Part shown: positions 10,835 through 19,904 of the stretch, piece by piece | Position numbering within the stretch: the stretch's first letter is position 1 | How the letters are laid out: every line of letters begins with the position of its first letter | Source of the DNA: Candidatus Woesearchaeota archaeon | GTDB taxonomy: Archaea; Nanobdellota; Nanobdellia; Pacearchaeales; UBA284 | Assembly (NCBI GenBank): GCA_964354405.1 | Contig: CAYGZP010000001.1 | Coordinates: 84,879 to 148,878, forward strand | DNA length: 64,000 bases | Direction: 5' to 3' | Notes under the pieces: generated by a model | What the model saw: only the letters and a program-made list of their open reading frames with translations | What the model was told of the DNA's origin: nothing | The model's database searches: none | Translations under genes and position numbers: made by a program

Positions 10835-10983
10835 TTTTTGTGTGATTTTTAGCGAAATTTTCAAAAATTCCCAAAAATTTCTTTTTCAGAAAAATTCTCA
10901 AAAAAAAGAATAAGTATATAAAGAAAAAGCACATTTATCTTTTAATAATTTTAAATTCAAATTAAAGAAAAAGAGGTAAAAAG

Positions 10984-11031
10984 ATGGCAAAAAAGAAAAA
11001 GAAGGGAAAAAAGAAGAAGAAAAAGAGATAA
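10984..11031 (+). CDS. Candidate 15-aa poly-lysine micropeptide MAKKKKKGKKKKKKR
   Basis: AAGAGGT SD just upstream, G residues fall at codon position 3, T-rich tract downstream. Confidence 0.45.
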   Translation: MAKKKKKGKKKKKKR

Positions 11032-11110
11032 TTCTAATTAATTTTTTATTTTTTCTTTTTTTATTTTTATTTTTTATTACTATTTCTATCAAAATTTATC
11101 AAAAAAAAGT

Positions 11111-11473
11111 CTAGAATTCAACTATTCCGTCTCGCGTTAATGCAACAAATTTGATTCCTACAGGAAGTTGCAGCAATGCAGAGATAAGTGCCATATGCTC
11201 TTTTCCTTCGCCAGAAGCTATAGACAAAGCGACTTCTGTTCCTTTGAACTTTCCATTCAATTTTTGTTTTATTTCCTCGATTGCTTCTTTGATTGATTTG
11301 TCAAAACTCACACTTATCACTTCCGCTTTCTTGCTAAAATCAAATTTACCTACAGAAGCTTTGAAAAAATTATCGCAAATTAAAGTTATGCTATCCCAGG
11401 CGCCCCTGTTGACCAAGCCTGCCACTTGCCCCCATGTTCCTTTTCCAGATGATAACAATGCGATTAACTCCAT
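11111..11473 (-). CDS. Small Rossmann-fold protein, possibly CARF-like
   Basis: N-terminal strand LIALLSSGKG; late strand-loop-helix VALSIASGEGKEHMALISAL reminiscent of the CARF motif. Confidence 0.55.
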   Translation of the reverse strand: MELIALLSSGKGTWGQVAGLVNRGAWDSITLICDNFFKASVGKFDFSKKAEVISVSFDKSIKEAIEEIKQKLNGKFKGTEVALSIASGEGKEHMALISALLQLPVGIKFVALTRDGIVEF

Positions 11474-11523
11474 AAAAGAATTTGAGACTTAAAGTTTATA
11501 AGTATTATGTCATTATTGTATAC

Positions 11524-11994
11524 ATGAAAGAACGTTCATTGAGCGAGATCACATTAAGAAAATATGAAAAGCCTTATGAACTCGGCCAGCGCGATTTGTT
11601 GAAAAAGATTTGTTTGAGTTTAGGATTGTTACAACCTGGGGATTCTAGAGATATTGTTGTTGATATTTTACAAGTTTTGTTTGAAACGAGAGACAGCAAA
11701 AAAGATTTGAACTTGGAACAAGTAAAAACATTGGCCATAGAAAACAGAAAAAAATCAAACTTGGAATTAAAAGGAATTGCGGATTCAAACATCAGAAGAC
11801 AGTTGAAAAGACTCAGAGATTTATTCCTTGTTGAAAAGAATAATAACCTTTATAGGATAAGCGAGTTCGAAAGTCTCGAAGAAATCTTCTCAAAAAAGAT
11901 AGAAAAATTCCATGTTGCAAGCATCATAGAACGCATTAAAGAATATCTGACAGCGTTGGAAAAATCTAAAAAATCAGAAAAGAAACCTTTATAA
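11524..11994 (+). CDS. Winged-helix DNA-binding protein
   Basis: 'ADSNIRRQLKRLRDLFLVEKNNNLYRI' recognition helix plus wing. Confidence 0.75.
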   Translation: MKERSLSEITLRKYEKPYELGQRDLLKKICLSLGLLQPGDSRDIVVDILQVLFETRDSKKDLNLEQVKTLAIENRKKSNLELKGIADSNIRRQLKRLRDLFLVEKNNNLYRISEFESLEEIFSKKIEKFHVASIIERIKEYLTALEKSKKSEKKPL

Positions 11995-12068
11995 ACGCCC
12001 CTTCTTTCTTCTTATTATTCCGTTAAAACTACTACTTGACGGGTCAGTTTGAGGATGTAGGAGGAAAA

Positions 12069-12689
12069 ATGAATTTTAACGAATCCTTAGAAGAATTAAG
12101 AAAAGTAAGCAAAAAGCGAAAGTTTGATCAAACTGTAGACTTAATCATAAATCTAAAAGATTTCGATCCGCGCCGAGATTCTTTAAACACTTTCGCAATA
12201 TTGCCACATCTAAGCGTAAAAAAGAAAGTTGCCGCGTTCTTGGAAAAACCTTCTTCACACGCATATTCTATAACAAAAGGGGATTTAGAGAAAATAGCAA
12301 AAAGCGATTTAAAGAAACTTATCAGAGAATATGATTTTTTCATCGCTAATGCGAAACTGATGCCCTTTATTGCACAAAGGTTCGGAAAAGTTTTAGGAAT
12401 CGCAGGAAAGATGCCCGATCCCAAAATGGGCTGCGTTCTAATGCAGGAAAATGAAAAGGCAATTGAGGATATTATCGAAAAACTATCTAAAATGGTTAAA
12501 ATAAAAGCTAAGGAAGCAAGTTTGAAAATAGCAGTTGGCAAGGAAAGCATGCAAAACAAAGAGATAGCCGAGAACACACAGATTGCAATAAAAACAGTCA
12601 CAGAAGCTCTGCCGAAAAAAGAGCTGAACATCCGCTCAATCATGCTAAAATTCACAATGAGTAAGCCAGTAAAAATAAAACTCAAATAA
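12069..12689 (+). CDS. rpl1: 50S ribosomal protein L1
   Basis: KRKFDQTVDLIINLK, GKVLG..GKMP, FTMSKPVK; AGGAGG SD. Confidence 0.95.
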   Translation: MNFNESLEELRKVSKKRKFDQTVDLIINLKDFDPRRDSLNTFAILPHLSVKKKVAAFLEKPSSHAYSITKGDLEKIAKSDLKKLIREYDFFIANAKLMPFIAQRFGKVLGIAGKMPDPKMGCVLMQENEKAIEDIIEKLSKMVKIKAKEASLKIAVGKESMQNKEIAENTQIAIKTVTEALPKKELNIRSIMLKFTMSKPVKIKLK

Positions 12690-12717
12690 AAACCAGAAAA
12701 TAAAAAAATAAATCAAA

Positions 12718-13542
12718 ATGGTAGCAAAAAAAACAAAAGGCGCGAAGAAAGAAAATAAAAAAATAGAAGCGCAAGTTTCAGAAGAAAAGAAACAGATACT
12801 CAGCGAACTAGTGAAACTCATTGACACCCACAATACCATAATGATTGCATCTATAGTAAATATCTCTTCATTACAGTTTCAGAAGTTAAAGAGATTGCTC
12901 AAAGGAAAAGCTATTGTAAAAGTTGTCAAAAGAAATCTTGCATTGAAAGCGTTTGAGAAAGCCAAGGAAAAGAAACAGGATATTGAGCAATTAGAACCCT
13001 CAATAAAGAGCAACATAGCAATATTACTTTCATCTCTCGAGTCATATGAACTTGCGGCAATTCTCGCAGAAAACAAAAAGCCGGCAAAGATAAAAGCGGG
13101 CCAGATTGCTTCTCAAGAAATTGTTATAGAAGCCGGGCCAACTGATTTGCCAGCAGGCCCCGCAATATCTGATTTATCAAAAGTAAAACTAAAGGCAGGA
13201 ATAGTAGGCGGAAAAATAGTTATCAAAGAGCGAGCTGTTTTGACGAAGAAAGGCGAAAAAGTTTCAGATGATGTTGCCTCTGTTCTATCAAAATTGGAGA
13301 TAATGCCATTGTCAGTTGGTCTCGAGCCCTTAGCTGCTTATGATTCAAAAGAAAAAAAGATATATCACAATATAAAAATAGACAAGCAAGGCATGCTCAA
13401 CGAGTTAAAGCTATATTCGCAACACTCAATTGCTTTGGCTGTTCATATTGCCTATCCAGCCACAGAAACAATTAAATTATTGCTAAGCAAAGCTAATGTT
13501 CAGGGAAATCTTATATTAAATATGACTAACAAGACAAATTAA
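12718..13542 (+). CDS. rpl10: 50S ribosomal protein L10 (P0)
   Basis: [22 protein letters not shown] motif; L1-L10-L12 operon. Confidence 0.95.
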   Translation: MVAKKTKGAKKENKKIEAQVSEEKKQILSELVKLIDTHNTIMIASIVNISSLQFQKLKRLLKGKAIVKVVKRNLALKAFEKAKEKKQDIEQLEPSIKSNIAILLSSLESYELAAILAENKKPAKIKAGQIASQEIVIEAGPTDLPAGPAISDLSKVKLKAGIVGGKIVIKERAVLTKKGEKVSDDVASVLSKLEIMPLSVGLEPLAAYDSKEKKIYHNIKIDKQGMLNELKLYSQHSIALAVHIAYPATETIKLLLSKANVQGNLILNMTNKTN

Positions 13543-13553
13543 ATGGAGGAAAA

Positions 13554-13835
13554 ATGCAATACATATATGCAGCTTTACTTTTGCACAAGGCAGGCAAAGA
13601 AATCACTGAAGAACATCTGAAGAAAGTGATTGAAGCTACTGGAACTCACGCAGACGAGTCTCGAGTGAAGACAGTTGTAGCAAGTTTGAAGGGTGTTGAC
13701 ATCGAAAAAGCACTTTTAGAAGCAGCTGCCATGCCAGTTGCGGCAGCTGGAGCCCCAGCACAAGCAAAAGCAGAAGAGAAGAAAGAAGAGAGACATGAAG
13801 AAGCTGCAGAAGGTTTAGCTGCCCTATTTGGCTAA
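13554..13835 (+). CDS. rpl12: 50S ribosomal protein L12 (P1)
   Basis: [12 protein letters not shown]-terminus, Ala-rich hinge, GLAALFG C-terminus. Confidence 0.97.
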   Translation: MQYIYAALLLHKAGKEITEEHLKKVIEATGTHADESRVKTVVASLKGVDIEKALLEAAAMPVAAAGAPAQAKAEEKKEERHEEAAEGLAALFG

Positions 13836-13842
13836 GGTTAGA

Positions 13843-14316
13843 ATGAATCCTTTGCTAGAGGGTATGCTTCTAAGCCTTTTGCCTATAGCTGAGCTTAGAG
13901 GCGGCATTCCCTATGCAGTCGCCTTAGGCACTAATCCTATCGTTGCATTTATTTTCTGCACTCTTGCTAATATTCTTGTTATTCCCATATGCTTTCTTTT
14001 TTTGATAACTCTTCACAAGCTTCTGTTAAAGAGCAGATTCTACAAAAAAGGTTTCAATGCTTATCTCAATCACAATAATCATAAAAAAGAGAAAGTGAAG
14101 AAAGCTTACGAGACTTATGGCTTGATTGCCTTGACTGTTTTTGTCGCGATTCCTCTTCCATTGACAGGAGCATGGACAGGAACATTCATTGCATGGCTTC
14201 TAGGACTAAAACGAGTTAAAAGTTTCTTTGCAATCGCCTTGGGGGTCATAATCGCGGGGGTGATTGTAACTCTAATAACAACGGGAATCCTAGCTTTTCT
14301 TCGCTTTTTGTTGTAA
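13843..14316 (+). CDS. COG2426-type small multidrug export-like membrane protein
   Basis: LPIAELRGGIP and FVAIPLPLTGAWTG motifs. Confidence 0.88.
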   Translation: MNPLLEGMLLSLLPIAELRGGIPYAVALGTNPIVAFIFCTLANILVIPICFLFLITLHKLLLKSRFYKKGFNAYLNHNNHKKEKVKKAYETYGLIALTVFVAIPLPLTGAWTGTFIAWLLGLKRVKSFFAIALGVIIAGVIVTLITTGILAFLRFLL

Positions 14317-14829
14317 TAAGAACTTTATATCAGAAACAAAAGGAACAGATTTAATCCCAAACACCCAAACACTGAAAAACCATATTACAACAACAAAAAC
14401 CGTGCTCAAAACATACCAAAATAGCTTGTGAGTAATATCAAACATCGCAGAGTTATTTACAAACAAAGAAATCAGTACAATTAATCTCACAATATTCAAG
14501 AGTAAAAGGCAGAGAGAGTCAAAAACAAATAAGGCTATTCGTTTTCTAAATCCTATATCTCTAGTAAGAGCGTTAAGCAGGAACAGCAAGACATATGCGC
14601 TTCCAGCAACACAAGCATCGATGATTGAAATCCCCACACCATTGACAATCAAGCTCTCCAAGCCGTTCAAACTCACATCATAAAATGCTCTTAACAAAAA
14701 ATATACAGGAAAAACAGTCAATGGCCTGAAGATAATATAAAATAATGGAAAAATCAGCGCGAACAATGCGATAGCCATCGCAATCCCATATCTCAGTAAA
14801 ATCTCGACTCCAGGATTAATCTTTGCCAT
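14290..14829 (-). CDS. Archaeosortase/exosortase family protein (pacearchaeosortase-like)
   Basis: Membrane protein with Cys (IDACVAG), Arg (NIVRL) and His (FDITHK) triad in exosortase order. Confidence 0.85.
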   Translation of the reverse strand: MAKINPGVEILLRYGIAMAIALFALIFPLFYIIFRPLTVFPVYFLLRAFYDVSLNGLESLIVNGVGISIIDACVAGSAYVLLFLLNALTRDIGFRKRIALFVFDSLCLLLLNIVRLIVLISLFVNNSAMFDITHKLFWYVLSTVFVVVIWFFSVWVFGIKSVPFVSDIKFLLQQKAKKS

Positions 14830-14877
14830 GAAACATCAAAGGACAATTTATTTAAATATCTTTAGACAAAATATAAT

Positions 14878-15438
14878 ATGAAACACAGGCAATTAGTAAT
14901 CTTCTGCGCAGCAATTCTAGCATTTATTCTCGCGCTGATTTTTGATTCACAGATTCTCGCTTTCATAGAAATCATCAAATGTCCTTGTGCAAACAGCTTC
15001 TTTTCAGTGTTAATGTTCATAGAAAAAGAGATTATATTCTATCCCTTAGTCATTCTCTCTACATTGATTATCCTATTCACAAAAGACAAGAAAAAAATCC
15101 TCCCGTATATCATAAGCTTGGCAGTAATCGCGATAATTGGACTCTCGTTAAAAGCCATTGTAGCAAGGCCGCGCCCGAACAACATGTCAATTCACTCATT
15201 CCCTTCAGGCCACACAGCTCTCGCATTCGCTTCATTATCATTTTTCAAAAATAAAACCTTGAAAGTAGTCTGGATTGTTTTTGCATGTTTATTTGTTCTC
15301 GCTCGAGTATGGGCTAACATGCATTATCTAAGCGATGTCATTGCAGGCGCTATCTTAGGTTACTATATCCCCCTAATTGTTACAAAGATAATAAATAAAA
15401 AAATAGCAAAGAAAAGCAAAAGAAAAAAGAAAAAATGA
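14878..15438 (+). CDS. PAP2-family phosphatase
   Basis: KxxxxRPRP, SFPSGH, RVxxxxHYxSDV motifs. Confidence 0.93.
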   Translation: MKHRQLVIFCAAILAFILALIFDSQILAFIEIIKCPCANSFFSVLMFIEKEIIFYPLVILSTLIILFTKDKKKILPYIISLAVIAIIGLSLKAIVARPRPNNMSIHSFPSGHTALAFASLSFFKNKTLKVVWIVFACLFVLARVWANMHYLSDVIAGAILGYYIPLIVTKIINKKIAKKSKRKKKK

Positions 15439-16037
15439 CACGAGCAATCACAGAAATAGGAAGGCAATTATTCCATATCTTATGCGGGATAATCGTCATT
15501 CTCCTTATATTGACTCTGCAGCGCGAAATCGCACTGATAATCATTTTCCTTGCATTTTTACTGATTACATTGATTGCGATAGTTTCAATAAAAATCCGAC
15601 TCCCAGGAATCAGCTGGTTTTTAGAAAAACTTGAGAGGGATTATGATAGAGGGCTCCCTGGAAAAGGTTTAATCTTCTTTTTAGCAGGATGTCTATTGAC
15701 ATTCAAACTTTTCACGCAGGACATCGCGCTCGCATCAATCGTTGTCTTGACTTTTGGCGATGCCATGTCAACTCTCGCTGGATTTTTCGGCCAGAGATAC
15801 AAACATAAGCCATTCAGCAAATTCAAAACACTATATGGTACAATAATTGGTACAATCGTCTCGTTCCTAATCGCATTGATTTTCATAGAGCCCCTTTACG
15901 CAGCTGTTGCAGCAATATTTGGCATGCTCGTAGAAGCTTTGGCAATCAAGATAGGGGAAACAGAAGCAGATGACAATCTGATAATTCCTTTGGCAGCGGG
16001 CACAGCATGTTATTTGTTAAGGCTAATACTAAGATAA
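15435..16037 (+). CDS. Dolichol/phytol kinase-like (CTP-dependent) membrane protein
   Basis: RQLFH, FGDAMS, KTLYG, DDNLIIP motifs. Confidence 0.88.
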   Translation: MTRAITEIGRQLFHILCGIIVILLILTLQREIALIIIFLAFLLITLIAIVSIKIRLPGISWFLEKLERDYDRGLPGKGLIFFLAGCLLTFKLFTQDIALASIVVLTFGDAMSTLAGFFGQRYKHKPFSKFKTLYGTIIGTIVSFLIALIFIEPLYAAVAAIFGMLVEALAIKIGETEADDNLIIPLAAGTACYLLRLILR

Positions 16038-16084
16038 ATTTAAATAAACTTGAAATTTATAATCGTTATAAAAAGAGTATAAAA

Positions 16085-17548
16085 ATGACAGTTAAGAGCA
16101 AATTAGACGATGTAATGAATCTCGCGATGAAGCGCGGGTTTTTCTTTCCTAGCTCCGAGCTTTATAGTGATGCTCCGAGTGGATTTTTTGATTATGGCCC
16201 GAACGGGGCTGCATTAAAGAACAAAATCATTGAACATTGGCGGGAGAGATTGAAAAAAGACAACGCTCTTGAGATAGATGGCTCGCAGATAATGTCTAAA
16301 AATGTTTTTACAGCTTCAGGACATCTCATCTCATTTACAGATCCTCTTGTAAAATGCGAGAAATGCAAATCAATCTATCGCGTAGATAAGCTTATAGAAG
16401 AAAAAACCGGCAAGGCAATTCCTGAAAAATTAAGCATCGAAGACTATGACAAACTCATAGAAAAATACAAAATCTCCTGCACAAAATGCAAAAGCAAACT
16501 CAGCAAAACCGCGCGATGGAATATGATGTTTAAAGTTGGAATAGGTCCAGAAGGAAAGGAAGCTTACTTGAGGCCAGAAACATGCCAGAGCATCTTTGTT
16601 GATTTTCCGCGATTATATCAAACAATGCGAATTAAATTTCCGCAGGCAATCGCGCAATTAGGAAAAAGTTTTAGGAATGAAATCTCGCCAAGACAGTCAT
16701 TATTGAGAATGCGTGAGTTCAATCAGGCTGAGATAGAGGTTTTCTTCAATCCAAACAGGGCTAATATGGAAAAATTCAGCAGAATAAAGAAAACCAATTT
16801 GAGATTGATGACTGGAAACAAAATCCAAGATGTCAGTGCAGAAGATGCTGTCAAGAAAAAGATAATCTCGAGCCAGCTCATAGCATATTATCTCGCATGG
16901 ATCCAAGAATTCTACGAATCTCTAGGAATTAACAAGGAAAAAATTAGATTAAGAAAGCTAACTGATGAAGAGAGAGCATTCTATGCCAAAGAAGCTTGGG
17001 ATTTAGAAGTTGAAACAAGCTTGGGATGGATTGAGATGGTTGCATGCAACAATCGCGGTGATCATGATTTGAAAGGACATGCAAAACAATCTGGTAAGAG
17101 TTTAGAAGTAATGGATAACGATGAAAAAACCCTCCCGAACATATTCGAGCTATCAATGGGGATTGACAGAACTGTATTTGTCTTGCTTGATTTAGCTTTT
17201 GAAAAAGAAATGGTCAATAAAGAAGAGCGGGTTGTTCTGAAACTTGCCTCGAGCATTGCTCCGACTTATGTCGCAATATTTCCATTAGTCAACAAAGACG
17301 GTTTGCCAGAAGTTGCAGAGCAAGTCTATACAAAATTATCAGAAGAATTTGACGCAGATTACGATTACTCCGGAAGCATCGGAAAAATGTACAGGCGACA
17401 TGACGAGATAGGCACTCCTTACTGCATAACCATAGACCATCAAACTTTGAAAGACAAGACAGTAACCGTCAGATATCGAGACACAATGAAACAAACGCGG
17501 GTTAAGATAGACAAACTTGTTGAAGAATTAAAGAAAAAAGCAAAATGA
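16085..17548 (+). CDS. glyS: Glycine--tRNA ligase (class II, archaeal/eukaryotic type)
   Basis: LRPETCQ, FRNEISPR, REFNQAE, anticodon-binding domain DEIGTPYCITID. Confidence 0.97.
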   Translation: MTVKSKLDDVMNLAMKRGFFFPSSELYSDAPSGFFDYGPNGAALKNKIIEHWRERLKKDNALEIDGSQIMSKNVFTASGHLISFTDPLVKCEKCKSIYRVDKLIEEKTGKAIPEKLSIEDYDKLIEKYKISCTKCKSKLSKTARWNMMFKVGIGPEGKEAYLRPETCQSIFVDFPRLYQTMRIKFPQAIAQLGKSFRNEISPRQSLLRMREFNQAEIEVFFNPNRANMEKFSRIKKTNLRLMTGNKIQDVSAEDAVKKKIISSQLIAYYLAWIQEFYESLGINKEKIRLRKLTDEERAFYAKEAWDLEVETSLGWIEMVACNNRGDHDLKGHAKQSGKSLEVMDNDEKTLPNIFELSMGIDRTVFVLLDLAFEKEMVNKEERVVLKLASSIAPTYVAIFPLVNKDGLPEVAEQVYTKLSEEFDADYDYSGSIGKMYRRHDEIGTPYCITIDHQTLKDKTVTVRYRDTMKQTRVKIDKLVEELKKKAK

Positions 17549-18063
17549 TGTTCAGAACCCATATTCTTTTCGCATTATTCTTCTACATTCTTGCAATCCA
17601 ACTTTTCTCATTAAACTTTTCAATCATATTTGCAATTATTCTTACATTCGGCGCAATCTTGCCAGACGTTGATTCTCCAACAAGTTTTGTTAATAAGAAA
17701 TACTTGTTCGGAATTGGGCAAGGCATAGCACTCTTTTCAGAACACAGAGGATTCTTCCACAGTGTCTTTGGTGCATTAATCTTTTTTACACTGGGGTTAA
17801 TCGTAATTTTCTTTCTCAAAGTTTCAATTATATTTGCGATTGCTCTCGCCTTCGGATATTTACTTCATCTTGCTGCAGATTCTTTAACTGTCTCAGGCAT
17901 AAAATGGCTATGGAAATCAGGGCATATCAAAGGTCCAATCCGCACGGGAAGCATCTTTGAACAATTATTCTTCATGGGTTTGATAATAATCACAGTCTAT
18001 TTAATCATCGGCGGCCAAGGCTTGCAGCAAATCACAGCATTCGTCTCAAAGATAAAACTCTAA
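17545..18063 (+). CDS. YdjM-like membrane metal-dependent hydrolase
   Basis: TH, LPDVD, HRGFFHS, HLAAD motifs. Confidence 0.88.
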   Translation: MMFRTHILFALFFYILAIQLFSLNFSIIFAIILTFGAILPDVDSPTSFVNKKYLFGIGQGIALFSEHRGFFHSVFGALIFFTLGLIVIFFLKVSIIFAIALAFGYLLHLAADSLTVSGIKWLWKSGHIKGPIRTGSIFEQLFFMGLIIITVYLIIGGQGLQQITAFVSKIKL

Positions 18064-18103
18064 TCCAATTAAATTTAAATATTCTTTCGAGTTCTAGAAA
18101 CTA

Positions 18104-18174
18104 GGGCCCGTAGTATAACGGCATTATTCGCCCTTGGCTTGGGTGAGATTCGGGTTCAATTCCCGACGGGTCCA
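18104..18174 (+). tRNA. tRNA-Ala(GGC)
   Basis: Acceptor GGGCCCG/CGGGTCC-A with G3:U70; anticodon arm CGCCC-TTGGCTT-GGGTG; T-loop TTCAATT. Confidence 0.95.
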
Positions 18175-18316
18175 CTTCCAAATAACTTCTCAGAAATTTC
18201 TCAAACAAAAACCGAAAAACAAACTATATTGTCGAAAAGTTGCATAAAAGTAAAGAAAAGATTATAAAGTGATTATTCTTAACAAATCTCTGTAGGGGGA
18301 TTTAAAGCAACTTACA

Positions 18317-18802
18317 ATGAAAATTGGTATAATTGGAGACACTCACGATAATATTCCGAACATTAAGAAAGCTGTGCAGCTATTCAAAAGGAAAAAAGTA
18401 ACTTTTGTTATACATGCCGGTGATATAGTCTCTCCTAGGAGCATTGAATTGTTCAAAGGATTGAACATGATTTTTGTTCAGGGCAATTGCGATGGCGATC
18501 CCGAGAAACTGAAAGAAAAGATTTCAGAAATAGGCGGCAAGTTCTTTATCGGGGGCTTCGGCGAGATTGAGATTGGAGGGAAAAGATTTGCTATAACCCA
18601 CAAACCAACGGTCATTGAAAATATACTAGGGGCAAAATATGACTTCATTATTCACGGCCATACTCACGAAAAAAAGATAGAGAAGATAGGCAAAGTTGTA
18701 GTAATCAACCCAGGCAGCCATTATTTAGGCGATTCAAAGAAAGAAAATTGTGTTGTTATAATAGACTTAATCAAAAATCTCATTGATGTTATCAAAATCT
18801 AA
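18317..18802 (+). CDS. Metallophosphoesterase, YfcE/MJ0936 family
   Basis: DTHDN, HAGD, GNCD, HGHTH, NPGS motifs. Confidence 0.93.
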   Translation: MKIGIIGDTHDNIPNIKKAVQLFKRKKVTFVIHAGDIVSPRSIELFKGLNMIFVQGNCDGDPEKLKEKISEIGGKFFIGGFGEIEIGGKRFAITHKPTVIENILGAKYDFIIHGHTHEKKIEKIGKVVVINPGSHYLGDSKKENCVVIIDLIKNLIDVIKI

Positions 18803-18832
18803 AAAAATTTAAAAGAGGTAAATAAAAAGCCA

Positions 18833-19318
18833 ATGATTGAAAGAACTTTAGTCTTAATCAAGCCAGATGGGGTTGCCAGAAGTTTAGTTGGCGAATGTAT
18901 CTCTCGCTTTGAGAAAAGAGGCTTGAAGATAGTAGGAATGAAAATGCAATGGGTTGATGAGAAATTTGCCCAGGAACATTATAAAGTCCACTCAAACAAA
19001 CCATTTTTTAAAAGTCTTGTGCAATTCATAATCGAAGGCCCTGTAGTTGCGATAGCAATAGAAGGAATTAACGCAGTCCAAGTTGTAAGAAAAATTACCG
19101 GCGCCACATCGCCCCACGAAGCTCTGCCAGGAACAATCCGTGGCGACTTTTCACATTTAAGCATGGACTATGCTGACGAGCAAGGAATCGGGGGCAAAAA
19201 TCTTATCCATGCTTCAGGAACAAGCGAAGAGGCCAAGCAAGAACTAGATTTATGGTTCAGCAAGAGCGAATCACACAGTTATAAAACAATTTTCGAGGAA
19301 CACATAGAAAAAAAGTGA
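18833..19318 (+). CDS. ndk: Nucleoside diphosphate kinase
   Basis: ERTLVLIKPDG, PGTIRGDF, NLIHAS. Confidence 0.97.
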   Translation: MIERTLVLIKPDGVARSLVGECISRFEKRGLKIVGMKMQWVDEKFAQEHYKVHSNKPFFKSLVQFIIEGPVVAIAIEGINAVQVVRKITGATSPHEALPGTIRGDFSHLSMDYADEQGIGGKNLIHASGTSEEAKQELDLWFSKSESHSYKTIFEEHIEKK

Positions 19319-19336
19319 ACAAAAAGTGAAAACAAA

Positions 19337-19456
19337 ATGAAAACAAACAAAAAAGATAAAGAAAAAGAGGCAAAAGAATTAGAACTTGACGAATCGCTTC
19401 AAGAAAAATATGAAGATAAAGAGATTGTTGAAGCAATTTGCCGTTATATTGGATAA
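19337..19456 (+). CDS. Possible 39-aa small protein (not in ORF track)
   Basis: Hand translation MKTNKKDKEKEAKELELDESLQEKYEDKEIVEAICRYIG fills the ndk-HIT gap on the same strand. Confidence 0.4.
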   Translation: MKTNKKDKEKEAKELELDESLQEKYEDKEIVEAICRYIG

Positions 19457-19483
19457 ACTCAAGTTTCTTGAGGATTTTTGAAG

Positions 19484-19882
19484 ATGACAGATTGCATTTT
19501 TTGTAAGATTGTGAAAGGCGAGATTCCTTGTTACAAAGTTTATGAAGACGAAAACTTTTTTGCTTTTCTTGATATTAATCCATTAAATCCCGGCCATACT
19601 CTCCTTGTATCCAAAAAACATGTTCAATGGGTTGATGATTATGAGCCTTTCTGTGATTATTGGAAGACCGCAAGAAAATTATCAAAGGTCATTAAAAAAG
19701 CCGTGAATTGCGTTCTAGTTTCTTATGTGGTCTATGGCTTAGGAGTCCCGCATGCACATATTCATTTGATCCCAAAATTCAAGAACGATGCTCATCCTGC
19801 GGGGCCAGACCCTACAAAAGTTATGAAAATTTCTCCAGATGAGATGAAGAAAATCGCTGCTAAGATAAAGAATTCTTTATAA
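19484..19882 (+). CDS. HIT family nucleotide hydrolase
   Basis: DCIFCKI, PGHTL, VPHAHIHL histidine triad. Confidence 0.95.
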   Translation: MTDCIFCKIVKGEIPCYKVYEDENFFAFLDINPLNPGHTLLVSKKHVQWVDDYEPFCDYWKTARKLSKVIKKAVNCVLVSYVVYGLGVPHAHIHLIPKFKNDAHPAGPDPTKVMKISPDEMKKIAAKIKNSL

Positions 19883-19904
19883 ATCTCAGCACATTGAAAG
19901 AAAT

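Noticed and set aside
10728..11092. Minus-strand ORFs of 68 and 64 aa
   Set aside because: Antisense to tRNA-Ala and to A/T tracts; Phe/Lys-rich artefacts.
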